Assembly (NCBI GenBank): GCA_958296445.1
Contig: OY282565.1
Coordinates: forward strand, 1,565,570 to 1,629,569
Reading direction: 5' to 3'
DNA: 64,000 nt
DNA from: an uncultured Dehalococcoidia bacterium
Lineage (GTDB): Bacteria > Chloroflexota > Dehalococcoidia > Lucifugimonadales > UBA3495
Both the position numbers and the translations under genes were made by a program. Below are positions 17,101 through 25,330 of this stretch, piece by piece. The notes below the pieces were generated by a model that saw only the letters and a program-made list of their open reading frames with translations, did no database searches and was not told where the DNA came from. The first letter of the stretch is position 1, and every line of letters starts with the position of its first letter.

Positions 17101-17817
17101 GATGCCGCGGAGTGCGGTGCCTTCGTTGCTGATTTCTAGGCCGTCCAAGTGGAGCAGGTGGTAGTGGCCGGGGCGCTCTGCTAGGTGGGCTTCTAGGGCT
17201 TCGACGGAGGCCGGGCGCAGGCAGTCTAGGGTGACTTCGACGTCTAGGGATTCCATTGCGCTCAAGGCTTCGGTGGCGATGCCTTGGGCGGCGGGGGGAC
17301 ATAACATAAGGACGTTGAATTGGGTTTCGCTGAGGGATGGGCCGGAAAACTGCGGGAGTTGGTCGGCGGGGGCGGGATGGCGGGTGATGGATTCGGCGCG
17401 GGCGGCTAGGTAGCCGACTTGGGGGTCGTTGATGAGTTCCCAAGGGAGGGAAAGGAACTCGGGGCGGGCGGAAATGATGGACAGGCGGAAGGGGCGGGTT
17501 TCAGGGGGGTTGAGGCGGGCCAGAATATCGGCGGCTTGGGTGGTGGCCCGGAAAACGGTTTCCAGCATCAGCCGGCCGAGGTTGCGCAGGCCGGCTTCGG
17601 CGGCCTCGGCCCGGGGGCGCGATTCGCCGAAGGGCTCCGACGGGTAGCTGGTGAACAGCCAGGCTAGTTCTAGGAGTTCCTCGTCGGTTAGGGGAAAGGG
17701 GAAGGAGACGGGCGGCGCGGATGCGCGGCTGCCGGAGTCGTCTACTATAGAAAGCTGAAGCCGGCCGCTTTCGGGCAAGTCCAGGATTTCCAGCGTATCG
17801 GCCAAGGGTTCCTCCAT
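14146..17817 (-). CDS. STAND-class NTPase: N-terminal CHAT/caspase-like domain, P-loop NB-ARC/NACHT-like module, C-terminal TPR array
   Basis: 1223 aa. Walker A 'LLTGPVGVGKSE' and Walker B-like 'LLVWDGVENL'. The N-terminus has possible His/Cys dyad contexts 'HYHLLHLDG' and 'AVLLTCSA'. At least 7 TPR-like units of the pattern 'Y..LG......Y..AE.WY..S/AL'. Confidence 0.7.
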   Translation of the reverse strand: MEEPLADTLEILDLPESGRLQLSIVDDSGSRASAPPVSFPFPLTDEELLELAWLFTSYPSEPFGESRPRAEAAEAGLRNLGRLMLETVFRATTQAADILARLNPPETRPFRLSIISARPEFLSLPWELINDPQVGYLAARAESITRHPAPADQLPQFSGPSLSETQFNVLMLCPPAAQGIATEALSAMESLDVEVTLDCLRPASVEALEAHLAERPGHYHLLHLDGLEISNEGTALRGIGPHVPIDRLSQAVAAAGIPAVLLTCSAIDYSYVAGQELATSGPPEVTLLPIPLGGSGRKLFADAFYAAIARGAGAAAAVSAARRALMEHPRRPSAAGPMPSWDWITPLVYQSARYTPAAVKAEEPERVIPGMLPATPEAPPRQLPRGGPYGLIGRRREILDLEQALDANPVVLLTGPVGVGKSETALGLAAWLEKSGNRPSGVFHTTFDVGAGLDKALHETGAALAGLEFGDLPAPARRRWLLDYLREHQTLLVWDGVENLAGFPTPGTGLLDDSELAELDQFLAELSAPTAGSPPESETESQRGKGGVLLVSRRNPEPWLSTPHGSYTLPGLASQDRLEFATRLIEESNIDAARLGPEFLELLDLLEGHPLAMEVAIPLLKEIPASVLLAELRRAIENHQPAPGEDGRPVYLTALLDHAFSRMPRRSRTHLPFLSLFRSRVMMDILTHITQENVYRSVMGEQMGWGACRTLLRSARDDGFLEPITPSVYQIHPAMSWFYGRALYRQLPPARVAQLEAEFVRVYADTADYFMETLYENQDSGTTAILAEEGNLTQALALSLETRQWDNAQLLTQPLAQVYRMQKRYPELRRLRRQLLESAGTTAAAAQANGAIELWLYLLGTEALECIETGELERADAMNRQLLDYFAAQPNADADADPRAAAVYHQTGEVALKRWQLDQAEEWFTRSLAIIENGEDRAPVADDYYSMGLLRQYQRRYTEARDWFSKSLDIHQRLEDVEEMVKDYRSLGLCAQFRFEYQEAESWYHRAREILEEARDEETSVLIYHALGTVAHAQYQFDDAENWYKQSLTLSDRMGNETQMALEFHYLGLLEQGRQMFPEDAEHWYTLALEKYEKLGDWRSAGDECRQLGVLFHEQKKLDDAEHWYHRAREIFEEIQDTPRTARTYGQLGMAAEDRDDLDAALSWAARTYQLAATHNLPVIAQARIHLARLRTKYGPQPFANWWQNFTGQQPPNDLDTEESVIL

Positions 17818-17939
17818 GACGCGGGGCGGGCGGATGGGGCTAGGCGCGGCGGTGGTGAGGGGTTGATGCCCGCTTGTGCGGTGTGGTGCTTATACTATCA
17901 TTGCCCGGATACCCCGTCCAACGGAGGGGGTGAGGTTGC

Positions 17940-18180
17940 GAAATTCGGCTTTGTCGCTCTGAGCTAAGGGAAGGGTCTCGGCGCCCCAAGGTGGGATTCT
18001 TCGCTTTGCTCAGAATGACAGATAGCTTGCTCAGAATGGCAGGGGATTGCTCAGAATGGCAGGGGATTGCTCAGAATGACAGGGGATTGCTTGGAGTGAC
18101 GGATAGCTTGCTCAGAATGACAGGGCTTTGCTCGGAGTGACGGATAGCTTGCTCAGAATGACGGGGCTTTGAAGGGGCGG
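17940..18180. repeat. Family-1 intergenic repeat block with iterated 'ttgctcagaatgacag' sub-repeats
   Basis: The core 'ggtgggattcttcgctttgctcagaatgacag' is followed by about 9 degenerate 20-25 nt iterations. Confidence 0.85.
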
Positions 18181-18183
18181 GGG

Positions 18184-18951
18184 CTATTGGGCGGTGAAGC
18201 CGCCGTCTACGGCCATGGCTAGGCCGGTTACTAGTGAGGCGGCGGGGGAGCATAGCCAGGTTACGGATTCGGCTATTTCCTCGGGGGTGCCTAGGCGTCC
18301 GATGGGTTGGCGGATGGGGATGGTGGCTTCGTAGTCGGCTTCGCGGCCCCCGATTAGGCGGCTCATCATAGGGGTGTCTATGATGCCGGGGCAGACGGCG
18401 TTGATTCGGATGCCGTCTTGGGCGTATTCGAGGGCGGCGGCTTTGGTTAGGCCGACTACGGCGTGCTTGCTGGCGACGTAGGCCGATAGGCGGCGGGAGC
18501 CGACCAGTCCGGCGGCGGAGGCGGTGTTGACGATGGCCCCGCCGCCCTGCTGAATCATCTGGGGTATTTCGTGCTTTAGGCAGAGCCAGACGCCTTTGAC
18601 GTTTACATCGATCAGCCGATCCCACTGATCTTCGGGGTATTCGTGGAGGCGGCCGGCCATAAAGCCTTCGATGCCTGCGTTGTTGTAGGCGCAGTCGAGC
18701 TTTCCGTAGGCTGCCACTGTTTGGGCTATGAGGGCGGCTACGTCGTTGGGGCGGGAGACGTCGGCTAGGATGACCGTTCCGTCGCCGCCCATTGCTTTGA
18801 TGTCGCTCAGGGTTTCCTCGGCGCCGTCGGCGTTTATGTCGGAAACGACCACGGTGGCGCCCTCGCGGGCCATTACTAGGGAGGTGGCGCGGCCGATGCC
18901 GGAGGCGGCGCCGGTGACTAGGGAGATTTTGCCTTGCAGCAGACCTGGCAT
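18184..18951 (-). CDS. SDR-family oxidoreductase (FabG-like)
   Basis: 'GKISLVTGAASGIGRA' (TGxxxGxG), 'NNAG' and 'YVASKHAV' (YxxxK). Start was moved to ATG 18951. Confidence 0.85.
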   Translation of the reverse strand: MPGLLQGKISLVTGAASGIGRATSLVMAREGATVVVSDINADGAEETLSDIKAMGGDGTVILADVSRPNDVAALIAQTVAAYGKLDCAYNNAGIEGFMAGRLHEYPEDQWDRLIDVNVKGVWLCLKHEIPQMIQQGGGAIVNTASAAGLVGSRRLSAYVASKHAVVGLTKAAALEYAQDGIRINAVCPGIIDTPMMSRLIGGREADYEATIPIRQPIGRLGTPEEIAESVTWLCSPAASLVTGLAMAVDGGFTAQ

Positions 18952-18983
18952 TGGTTTGACTCCTTTGGGCTTGTTTTGCGGGG

Positions 18984-19550
18984 CTATGCTTGCTGAAAAA
19001 TCTGGGATAGGGGCAGATCCAGCCCCGGGAGGGTTGTTGACTGGATAGTTTCGCCGGGGCCGTGGATTCGTAGCCGTTGCCATTCTCCGTTTTGCAGTTG
19101 CAAGACCTCTACGGTTTGGGCTTGGGGGGAGACTAGCCAGCATTCTAGGACGCCGATTTGGGCGTAGTCGGACAGCTTGCCCTTGATTTCGGCCCGGGTG
19201 TTGCCGGGGGAAAGGATTTCTACTACTAGGTCGGGGGCGCCGTGAATCCGGTCGTCTTGGACGATGTTGGCTCTTTGGTTGCTTATGAACAGCAGGTCGG
19301 GCTGGCGGGTGCGCAGGGGGTCGCGTTGTATGATGATGTCTAGGGGGGCGTACAGTACTTCGCCCAACCCGCGCTCGCTGACGAATTGGTGGACAGGCAG
19401 GTAGATTTTGGCGGAGGTTCGCTGATGGTAGATGTTGGGCGCGGCGGACATAATCACTTCGCCGTCCACGATGTCGAAGCGCAACATTGTTTCAGGCTCG
19501 TTGAGGTATTCTTGATAGGTGAGTTTGGTTCCGGTTTGCAGGGTGGTCAT
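18984..19550 (-). CDS. Uma2-family (DUF820) putative endonuclease, solitary copy
   Basis: 'RQPDLLFI...APDLVVEILSPGNTRAEIKGKLSDYAQIGVLECWLV' is the typical Uma2 PD-(D/E)xK-like core. Confidence 0.8.
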   Translation of the reverse strand: MTTLQTGTKLTYQEYLNEPETMLRFDIVDGEVIMSAAPNIYHQRTSAKIYLPVHQFVSERGLGEVLYAPLDIIIQRDPLRTRQPDLLFISNQRANIVQDDRIHGAPDLVVEILSPGNTRAEIKGKLSDYAQIGVLECWLVSPQAQTVEVLQLQNGEWQRLRIHGPGETIQSTTLPGLDLPLSQIFQQA

Positions 19551-19568
19551 TGGGGCGGCTCCTGCGGG

Positions 19569-21287
19569 CTAGGTTTCGCCGGCGCGGCGGGCGTCGGCTC
19601 GCCAGTCGTCGGGGCTGGGTTCGCGGTCTATGGCGACGTCCACCACTGCCGGGAGGCCGGAGGCTTGGGCTTGGCGTAGGGCGTCGGGGAGGTCGCGGGA
19701 GTCATCGACGTGGATGCCGAAGGCGCCGAAACCGCGGGCTATGGCGGCGTTGTCGGTGGGGTAGAACTCGGAGGCTATTTCTTGGCCGCGGGGCTGGTGG
19801 TCCAGCACCATACCTAGGGCGTTGTCGTTGAAAACCACGCAGGTGATGGGGAGGTCGTACTGCATGGCGGTGGAGAGGGCGTTTACGGTCATCATATAGC
19901 CGCCGTCGCCGGTGACGGCGGTGACCGGGCGGTCGGGGTAGGCGAGCTTTAGGGCGACTGCGGCGGGCAGGGCCCAGCCCATTCCGGCGGTGCCGCCGGG
20001 GCAAAAGAAAGTGGCGGCTTCCCGGGCCTGGTAAAGGTGGGCCATCCAGGTGCGGTTGTTGCCGGCGTCTAGGGCAAAGACGGTGGAGGGCGCGGAGTTG
20101 GAGTTGAGCAGCGAAACTAGGCGCTGCGGGGTGACGGGCGAGCTGTCGCGGTGCATTTCGGGGTCGTCGTAGAAAGCTAGGGCGTCTTTGCGGGCGGGCA
20201 TTGAGGCCGTCCACTCGTTGCGCTGGGCGGCGTTGGCTTGGGCGGCTTCTTGGGAGGCGGCCACCAGTTGGTTGAGGATGCGGCCGGCGTCGCCTACTAG
20301 GCCCAGCTCTACGGGGAAACTCCAGCCGGCGTTGCGCTCGTCAATGTCAATCTGGATTACCCTTTGTCGGCGGGGGTCGAAAATGTCGGGGCGTTCCCGG
20401 ACGGTTTCTTGGGAGCGGAGCAGGGCGCCGACTACGATAACGGTGTCGGCTTCGCCGACGACGCGGTTGGCGACGGCCTGGCCGTAGGTGCCGACCATAC
20501 CGACGGAGAGGGGGTGGGTTTCGGCGATGGCGCTCTTTCCTTTATAGCTGGTGGCGACGGGCATACCCCAGAGTTCGGCGAGTTGTTGCAATTGGGCGTG
20601 GGCTCCGGCTACGTGCACTCCGTTGCCGGCGACCAGCACCGGGCGGCGGGACTGGGAGAGTATTTCCACCACCCGCTGCACGTCGGCGGGGGAGCTTTCG
20701 GGCTTGGCGGTGTTGAGGAAACCGGCGGCGTTGTGGATGAAGGGCGGGGATTCTAGGTCTACTTGGCCGCCGATGGCCGCGGAGCGCATCACTACCGAGG
20801 AGGGGCCGGGGCGTCCGCTGATGGCGTGCTTGATCGCCATTTGGGTTGCCAGCACGGCTTCCTTGGGGCTGGCGGCTAGGGCGGTGTATTTGCTCATTGA
20901 CTTGAATATGTTGGGCAGGTCAATGCTGCCGTATTCGCCGGCGCCGGACTGGTTGGCGGGGCGCTGGGCGGAACCGCCGTCGGAGGTGTCGGTAAGCACC
21001 AGCATAGGGGAGCTGCTGAGCATGGCTTCCATAATGCCGAAGGAGGCGTTGGAGCCGATGAACAGCCCTTGCCCCATAACGACGGCTGGTTTGCCGGTGG
21101 CGCGTCCGTAGGCGTCGGCCATAATGGCGGCGGCCTGCTCGTGGCGGACTAGGATGGTTTTGATGCGGTCTTCGCGCCCGTAGAGCAGTTGGAAAATCTG
21201 GCCGGTGCCGCCGCCGGGTATGCCGAAGACGTATTCGACGCCGGCTTCTTCAAGGGTCTGGACGATCATTTCGCTGGCTGTGGGCAT
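19569..21287 (-). CDS. Thiamine-pyrophosphate-dependent enzyme (acetolactate synthase large-subunit-like)
   Basis: 572 aa. N-terminus 'IVQTLEEAGVEYVFGIPGG' and C-terminal ThDP motif 'VTGDGGYMMTVNALSTA...VFNDNALG'. Confidence 0.8.
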   Translation of the reverse strand: MPTASEMIVQTLEEAGVEYVFGIPGGGTGQIFQLLYGREDRIKTILVRHEQAAAIMADAYGRATGKPAVVMGQGLFIGSNASFGIMEAMLSSSPMLVLTDTSDGGSAQRPANQSGAGEYGSIDLPNIFKSMSKYTALAASPKEAVLATQMAIKHAISGRPGPSSVVMRSAAIGGQVDLESPPFIHNAAGFLNTAKPESSPADVQRVVEILSQSRRPVLVAGNGVHVAGAHAQLQQLAELWGMPVATSYKGKSAIAETHPLSVGMVGTYGQAVANRVVGEADTVIVVGALLRSQETVRERPDIFDPRRQRVIQIDIDERNAGWSFPVELGLVGDAGRILNQLVAASQEAAQANAAQRNEWTASMPARKDALAFYDDPEMHRDSSPVTPQRLVSLLNSNSAPSTVFALDAGNNRTWMAHLYQAREAATFFCPGGTAGMGWALPAAVALKLAYPDRPVTAVTGDGGYMMTVNALSTAMQYDLPITCVVFNDNALGMVLDHQPRGQEIASEFYPTDNAAIARGFGAFGIHVDDSRDLPDALRQAQASGLPAVVDVAIDREPSPDDWRADARRAGET

Positions 21288-21467
21288 TGCGCCTCCCGGT
21301 GGTTATTCCTTATATACGCATATTATAAGGAAGGCTTGGGATTGGGGGGATTGTCTGGGTCGGGATTTTTCGTATCCAGTGAATTTTGGTTTGGGTGGTT
21401 GCGCCTGGGATACGGATGCTTTGCGGTTGGGATGATACCCTTGCCTTATAAGGCGGTCAAGGAAAGA

Positions 21468-21668
21468 GAAAATTGCGAAATCCCCCTTTGGCACCCTGAG
21501 CGTAAGGGAAGGGTCTCACCGCCCAAGGCGAGATTCTTCGCTTTGCTCAGAATGACAGAGCTTTGCTCAGAATGACAGAGCTTTGCTGAGAGTGGCAGAT
21601 AGATTTGCTCAGGATGGCGGATAGCTTGGTCATAATGACGGATATCGGAAGTAATTTCGCAATTTTCT
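21468..21668. mobile_element. MITE-like family-1 repeat element with terminal inverted repeats GAAAATTGCGAAAT
   Basis: 'gaaaattgcgaaatc' at 21468 pairs with 'atttcgcaattttc' ending at 21668. The interior holds the hairpin core 'ctgagcgtaagggaagggtctc...gagattcttcgctttgctcag' plus iterated tails. Confidence 0.7.
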
Positions 21669-21795
21669 CAAGGAAAGGGGCTTGGGGGATGCTTGGGGGG
21701 TTCTGGAGTTGGGGTTGTTCTTGACCGGGAATCGGGGCGGGCGTATTATCAGCGCTGTTCTTGGTGGACATAATCGGTATGGCGGGAGAAGGGTT

Positions 21796-23490
21796 ATGCG
21801 AGGGGGCGACGCGGTTATTCGCGCTCTGGAGAAAGAGGGGGTTCGATATATTTCCGGTTTTGCCGGGGGCGGGGAGGCGCCGCTGTGGCCGGCGCTGCGG
21901 GCTTCGCCGACGATTCAGGTGTTTTCGGCCCGGCATGAGCGTATGGGGGTGGAAATCGCCGACGGCTACGCTCGGGCTACCGGGCAGGTGGGGGTGGCGC
22001 TGACCGGCACCGGGCCGGGGGCGACTAACACGCTTACCGGCATCGCCGGGGCCTATGCCGACAATATCCCGGTGTTGCTGCTGATGGGGCAGCATCCTTT
22101 GGGCAGTATGGGCCGGGAGATTCAGCAGGAAGTGCCGTCGAGCATTTTTGACAATTTCGTTAAGTGGAAAGGCACGATGTCGCGGGTTGAGGACATACCG
22201 GCGATAATGCGCCGGGCCTTTACCAACCTGCGCTCCGGGTCGCCGGGGCCGGTGGTGCTGGAAATGCCGCAGGATGTGTTGCTGTCGGAGGCGCCGGACG
22301 AAATACTGAACTACGAACCCGTCGGGCCGGGGCGTCGGGCCGCGCCGGACGCAGGGGATATTGAGCGGGCCGCCGATATACTGCTGAATGCCCGGCTTCC
22401 TATAATGAACGTGGGCGGCGGGGTGCTGGCGGCGGAGGCTTGGGACGAGGCGATGGAGCTGGCGGAGCTGCTGGCGATGCCGGTCGCCAGCACGCTGGTG
22501 GGCAAGGGCGCGTTCCCGGAAAATCACCCCCTTTCTTTGGGCGGCGGCGTGTATCCGCGCAGCAAGTATGCCTCGGGCGCGGCGCTGATTATGAACCGCA
22601 AGGCGGACGCGGTGCTGGCGGTGGGCAATTCCTTTCGCTTGCCCAACGCCACCGACGGGCGGCCTATTCCGGCAGGGGTGAGTCTGATTCACATAAACGC
22701 CGACTCCGGCGACCTGAACAAGATATACCAGGCCGACGTTCCTATTCTGGCCGACGCCAAGCTGGCGCTGCGCGGGCTGATTGACGCGGTGCGCGAGCGG
22801 ATGGGGCCGGGCGGCCCGCCATCGGCGGCGAACCGGGAGGAAATCGTAGCCGAGATAGGGGAGGCGCGGGCCAAGTGGCTGGGGGAGTGGGAATCCACCT
22901 TTAACGACGACTCGGTTCCCACCAACGGCTATCGGGTGGTTCAGGAACTGCTGAAACTGGTGGATACCGACCGGACTATCGCGTTGCATGACGCGGGCGG
23001 CAGCCGGGGCTATCTTTCGCCTTTCTGGCCCGCGACTAGGCCGCGCAACTATATCGGGATGGGCGGTATGGCGGCTATGGGGTGGTCTATGGCGGCGGCG
23101 ATTGGGGTCAAGCTGGGGCGGCCGGATCATCTGGTGTTCAATGTGCTGGGGGACGCTTCTTTTGGGATGGTGGGGATGGAGCTGGAGACGGCGGTTCGGA
23201 TGGGGCTGCCGACGCTGACGGTGGTGCTGAACAACGGCGGCACCGGCGGCGGGCTGATGGCGATGGCCCGGGACAACGCGGCGCCGCCGACTATGGCCGA
23301 ACTGGGCGGCAACTTTTCGCTGGTGGCGCAGGGATTGGGGGCCCACGCCGAGCGGGTGGAGCATCCGGCGGAACTGCCGGACGCCTTCCGCCGGGCGATC
23401 GCGGCCACCGAGAACGGGCAGGCCGCGCTGGTGGAGGTCACCATCCGCCCCTTGCCTACCCCGGAAACCCGCGAGGACTGGACGCTGTAA
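21796..23490 (+). CDS. Thiamine-pyrophosphate-dependent enzyme (acetolactate synthase-like paralog)
   Basis: 'VIRALEKEGVRYISGFAGG' and the ThDP motif 'VLGDASFGMVGMELETA...VLNNGG'. Start set at ATG 21796, after the RBS-like 'gggagaaggg'. Confidence 0.8.
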   Translation: MRGGDAVIRALEKEGVRYISGFAGGGEAPLWPALRASPTIQVFSARHERMGVEIADGYARATGQVGVALTGTGPGATNTLTGIAGAYADNIPVLLLMGQHPLGSMGREIQQEVPSSIFDNFVKWKGTMSRVEDIPAIMRRAFTNLRSGSPGPVVLEMPQDVLLSEAPDEILNYEPVGPGRRAAPDAGDIERAADILLNARLPIMNVGGGVLAAEAWDEAMELAELLAMPVASTLVGKGAFPENHPLSLGGGVYPRSKYASGAALIMNRKADAVLAVGNSFRLPNATDGRPIPAGVSLIHINADSGDLNKIYQADVPILADAKLALRGLIDAVRERMGPGGPPSAANREEIVAEIGEARAKWLGEWESTFNDDSVPTNGYRVVQELLKLVDTDRTIALHDAGGSRGYLSPFWPATRPRNYIGMGGMAAMGWSMAAAIGVKLGRPDHLVFNVLGDASFGMVGMELETAVRMGLPTLTVVLNNGGTGGGLMAMARDNAAPPTMAELGGNFSLVAQGLGAHAERVEHPAELPDAFRRAIAATENGQAALVEVTIRPLPTPETREDWTL

Positions 23491-23591
23491 GGGACGGAGT
23501 TGAAACGCCGAGGGCGCAGAGAACGCCGAGAATCGTTAGGAAAATCTTGGCGTTCTTGGCGTCCTCGGCGTTAAGCAAAAGGAGTTGGGCC

Positions 23592-24701
23592 GTGAAGAGT
23601 ATTGAGATTGACCGCGGCAAGCGGCTGAAGGAAGAACCGGAGAAGGGGCATAACCGCTGGCACCCGGACATTTCGCCGGTGCTGGAGGCCGCGCCGGGGG
23701 AGGAGGTGTTGCTGGAGACCCGGGACGCATCCGACGGGCAGATGGGCCCGGATGTGACGGTGGCCGACTTTGACCGCTTCGATACCAAGGTGGCGCATCC
23801 GCTGACCGGGCCGGTTTACGTAACGGGGGCGGAGGCGGGCGACCTGCTGGAGATTGAGTATGTGGATATAATCCCGCAATCTTACGGCTGGACTCGCAAC
23901 CGGCCGGGGGCGGGCTTTCTGCGGGATTTGTTTCAGGAACCTTACGCGGTTCACTGGCGGATAGCGGACGGCTGGGCGACTTCGGAGCAACTGCCGGGGG
24001 TGCGGATTCCCAACGGCTCTTTTATGGGGACGGCGGGGATTGCGCCGTCGCGGGAGCAGATGGAGGCGTGGGCCCGGCGGGAGGCGGATTTGGTGCGGCG
24101 GGGCGGGATGGCGGCGCCGCCGGACCCGGAGGACGCGATTCCGGCGGGGGGCGCCATTGCCGTTGAGGGGCTGCGGACGCTGCCGCCGCGGGAGAACTGC
24201 GGCAACGTGGACGCCAAGCAGTTGACCAAGGGTTCCCGGCTGTTGATTCCGGTCAATGTTCCCGGCGCTCTCTATTCCTGCGGCGACGGCCACTTTGCTC
24301 AGGGGGACTCGGAGTGCTGTATCACCGCCATTGAGATGGGGGCGAGCGCCGTGGTGCGGTTTCATTTGCATAAGGGTGAGGCGGCGCGACATAACATCCG
24401 CTGGCCCCGCTATACCCATCCCGGCTACTTTCTGCCGCCGGAGTGGGCCGCGCCGCGCAACTTTATCGCCACGATGGGGATGCCGATACGGGAAGACGGC
24501 ACGCAGGAGGGGGAAGACCTGACTCTGGCGGCTCGCAACGCGCTGGTTAATATGATAGAGCTGCTACAGGAGCGGGGCTGGAGCCGGGAACAGGCATACG
24601 TCATTTGCAGCGTGGCGGTGGATCTGAAGATAAGCAACGCGGTGGACCTGCCTAATGTGACCGTTTCGGCATTTCTGCCGGAAGACATATTCCAGGGGTA
24701 G
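23592..24701 (+). CDS. Acetamidase/formamidase (FmdA/AmdA) family protein
   Basis: 'GHNRWHPDI...LETRDASDGQ...HPLTGPVYVTGAEAGDLLEIE...CGNVDAKQL...GDGHFAQGDSECCITAIE'. Start is GTG 23592, after the RBS 'aaaaggag'. Confidence 0.75.
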   Translation: MKSIEIDRGKRLKEEPEKGHNRWHPDISPVLEAAPGEEVLLETRDASDGQMGPDVTVADFDRFDTKVAHPLTGPVYVTGAEAGDLLEIEYVDIIPQSYGWTRNRPGAGFLRDLFQEPYAVHWRIADGWATSEQLPGVRIPNGSFMGTAGIAPSREQMEAWARREADLVRRGGMAAPPDPEDAIPAGGAIAVEGLRTLPPRENCGNVDAKQLTKGSRLLIPVNVPGALYSCGDGHFAQGDSECCITAIEMGASAVVRFHLHKGEAARHNIRWPRYTHPGYFLPPEWAAPRNFIATMGMPIREDGTQEGEDLTLAARNALVNMIELLQERGWSREQAYVICSVAVDLKISNAVDLPNVTVSAFLPEDIFQG

Positions 24702-24731
24702 GTTCGTGGGGGCCGGGGTTGGGGCGACATA

Positions 24732-24762
24732 AAGCCGCCCGCGTGATGCGGGCGGCTTTTTT
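24732..24762 (+). terminator. Rho-independent terminator candidate after the formamidase gene
   Basis: Perfect 10-bp stem agccgcccgc/gcgggcggct with a 5-nt loop, followed by TTTTTT. Confidence 0.7.
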
Positions 24763-24792
24763 GTGGGGACAGACAGGGGCTTGGACGGCTGG

Positions 24793-25017
24793 TCAACTGA
24801 CTCGTTTGACTTCCAGGATTTCGTCGGGGGAGATGGCGATGCGCCTTACATTTATACCTAGCTTGAGCAACCAGTAGCCTAGGGTGGCTTTGCTGACCCC
24901 CAACTCCTCGGCGGTAGCCGACAAGCCGAGCTCGTTGACCTTTTCCGGGAGCAACCGCTCCAGGGGGCGCTGATGTTCCTTTTCTACCCGTAGCATAAGT
25001 TTGGTTTTTCGCGCCAC
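24793..25017 (-). CDS. Small helix-turn-helix DNA-binding protein
   Basis: 74 aa with a GTG start. 'GLSATAEELGVSKATLGYWLLKLGI' is a classic HTH. Confidence 0.5.
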   Translation of the reverse strand: MARKTKLMLRVEKEHQRPLERLLPEKVNELGLSATAEELGVSKATLGYWLLKLGINVRRIAISPDEILEVKRVS

Positions 25018-25280
25018 GATTTCACTCCTATCTTGGCCTGCCCAAGCCGGAACCTGTCTGTTGAGTACCAGTACAGTACCACGGGCCTAGATATGTGTCA
25101 AGCATTTGCCAAACAATTTCCTAAACGTGTTTAAGAATCATTTAGGCTATCTCTATGACAGCTATGGAACTTCGCTAACCTTTGGGCGCAGGCTTGAAAT
25201 TGGGGTGTCCGGGCGGGATGTCCGGCGGCGCCGGGCTAGGGCGGCGGGAATTTGCTTTCCGGGCCGCGGGCGGGGTTCGG

Positions 25281-25309
25281 TTGACACCCCGGCCATTGTT
25301 TCTTAGGCT
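25281..25309 (+). promoter_or_regulatory. Sigma-70-like promoter candidate for the dehydratase gene
   Basis: TTGACA at 25281-25286, a 17-nt spacer, then TAGGCT at 25304-25309. Confidence 0.35.
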
Positions 25310-25330
25310 GGATACCCAACCCAATGAGAG

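Noticed and set aside
17940-18180. Regularly iterated 'ttgctcagaatgacag' units (also at 21540-21640, 36950-37135 and 55490-55560) that could be mistaken for a CRISPR array.
   Set aside because: The units are only ~16-25 nt, directly adjacent or separated by a few related bases, with no unique spacers of 25-40 nt and no cas genes. They are the tails of the family-1 dispersed repeat.
21189-21575. Small ORFs 21189..21575, 21205..21435 and 21303..21494 between the divergent TPP-enzyme genes.
   Set aside because: They overlap each other and the MITE-like element or promoter region. They show no motifs and no RBS/start context.
21547-23364. 605-aa minus-strand ORF opposite the TPP-enzyme gene. Similar long antisense or alternate-frame ORFs occur at 9031..10065, 16046..16798, 26381..27580, 41671..43281, 49408..50574, 51695..53116, 54386..55324, 57979..59313 and 60082..60987.
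   Set aside because: All are extremely Arg/Pro/His/Gly-rich with no recognisable motifs. Each overlaps a well-supported gene on the other strand or frame. They are typical high-GC shadow ORFs.
23082-23591. N-terminal 170 aa of the track ORF 23082..24701, which would give a 539-aa formamidase.
   Set aside because: That part overlaps the end of the TPP-enzyme gene in another frame and is Gly/Arg-rich. The formamidase homology begins at GTG 23592, which has a good RBS.
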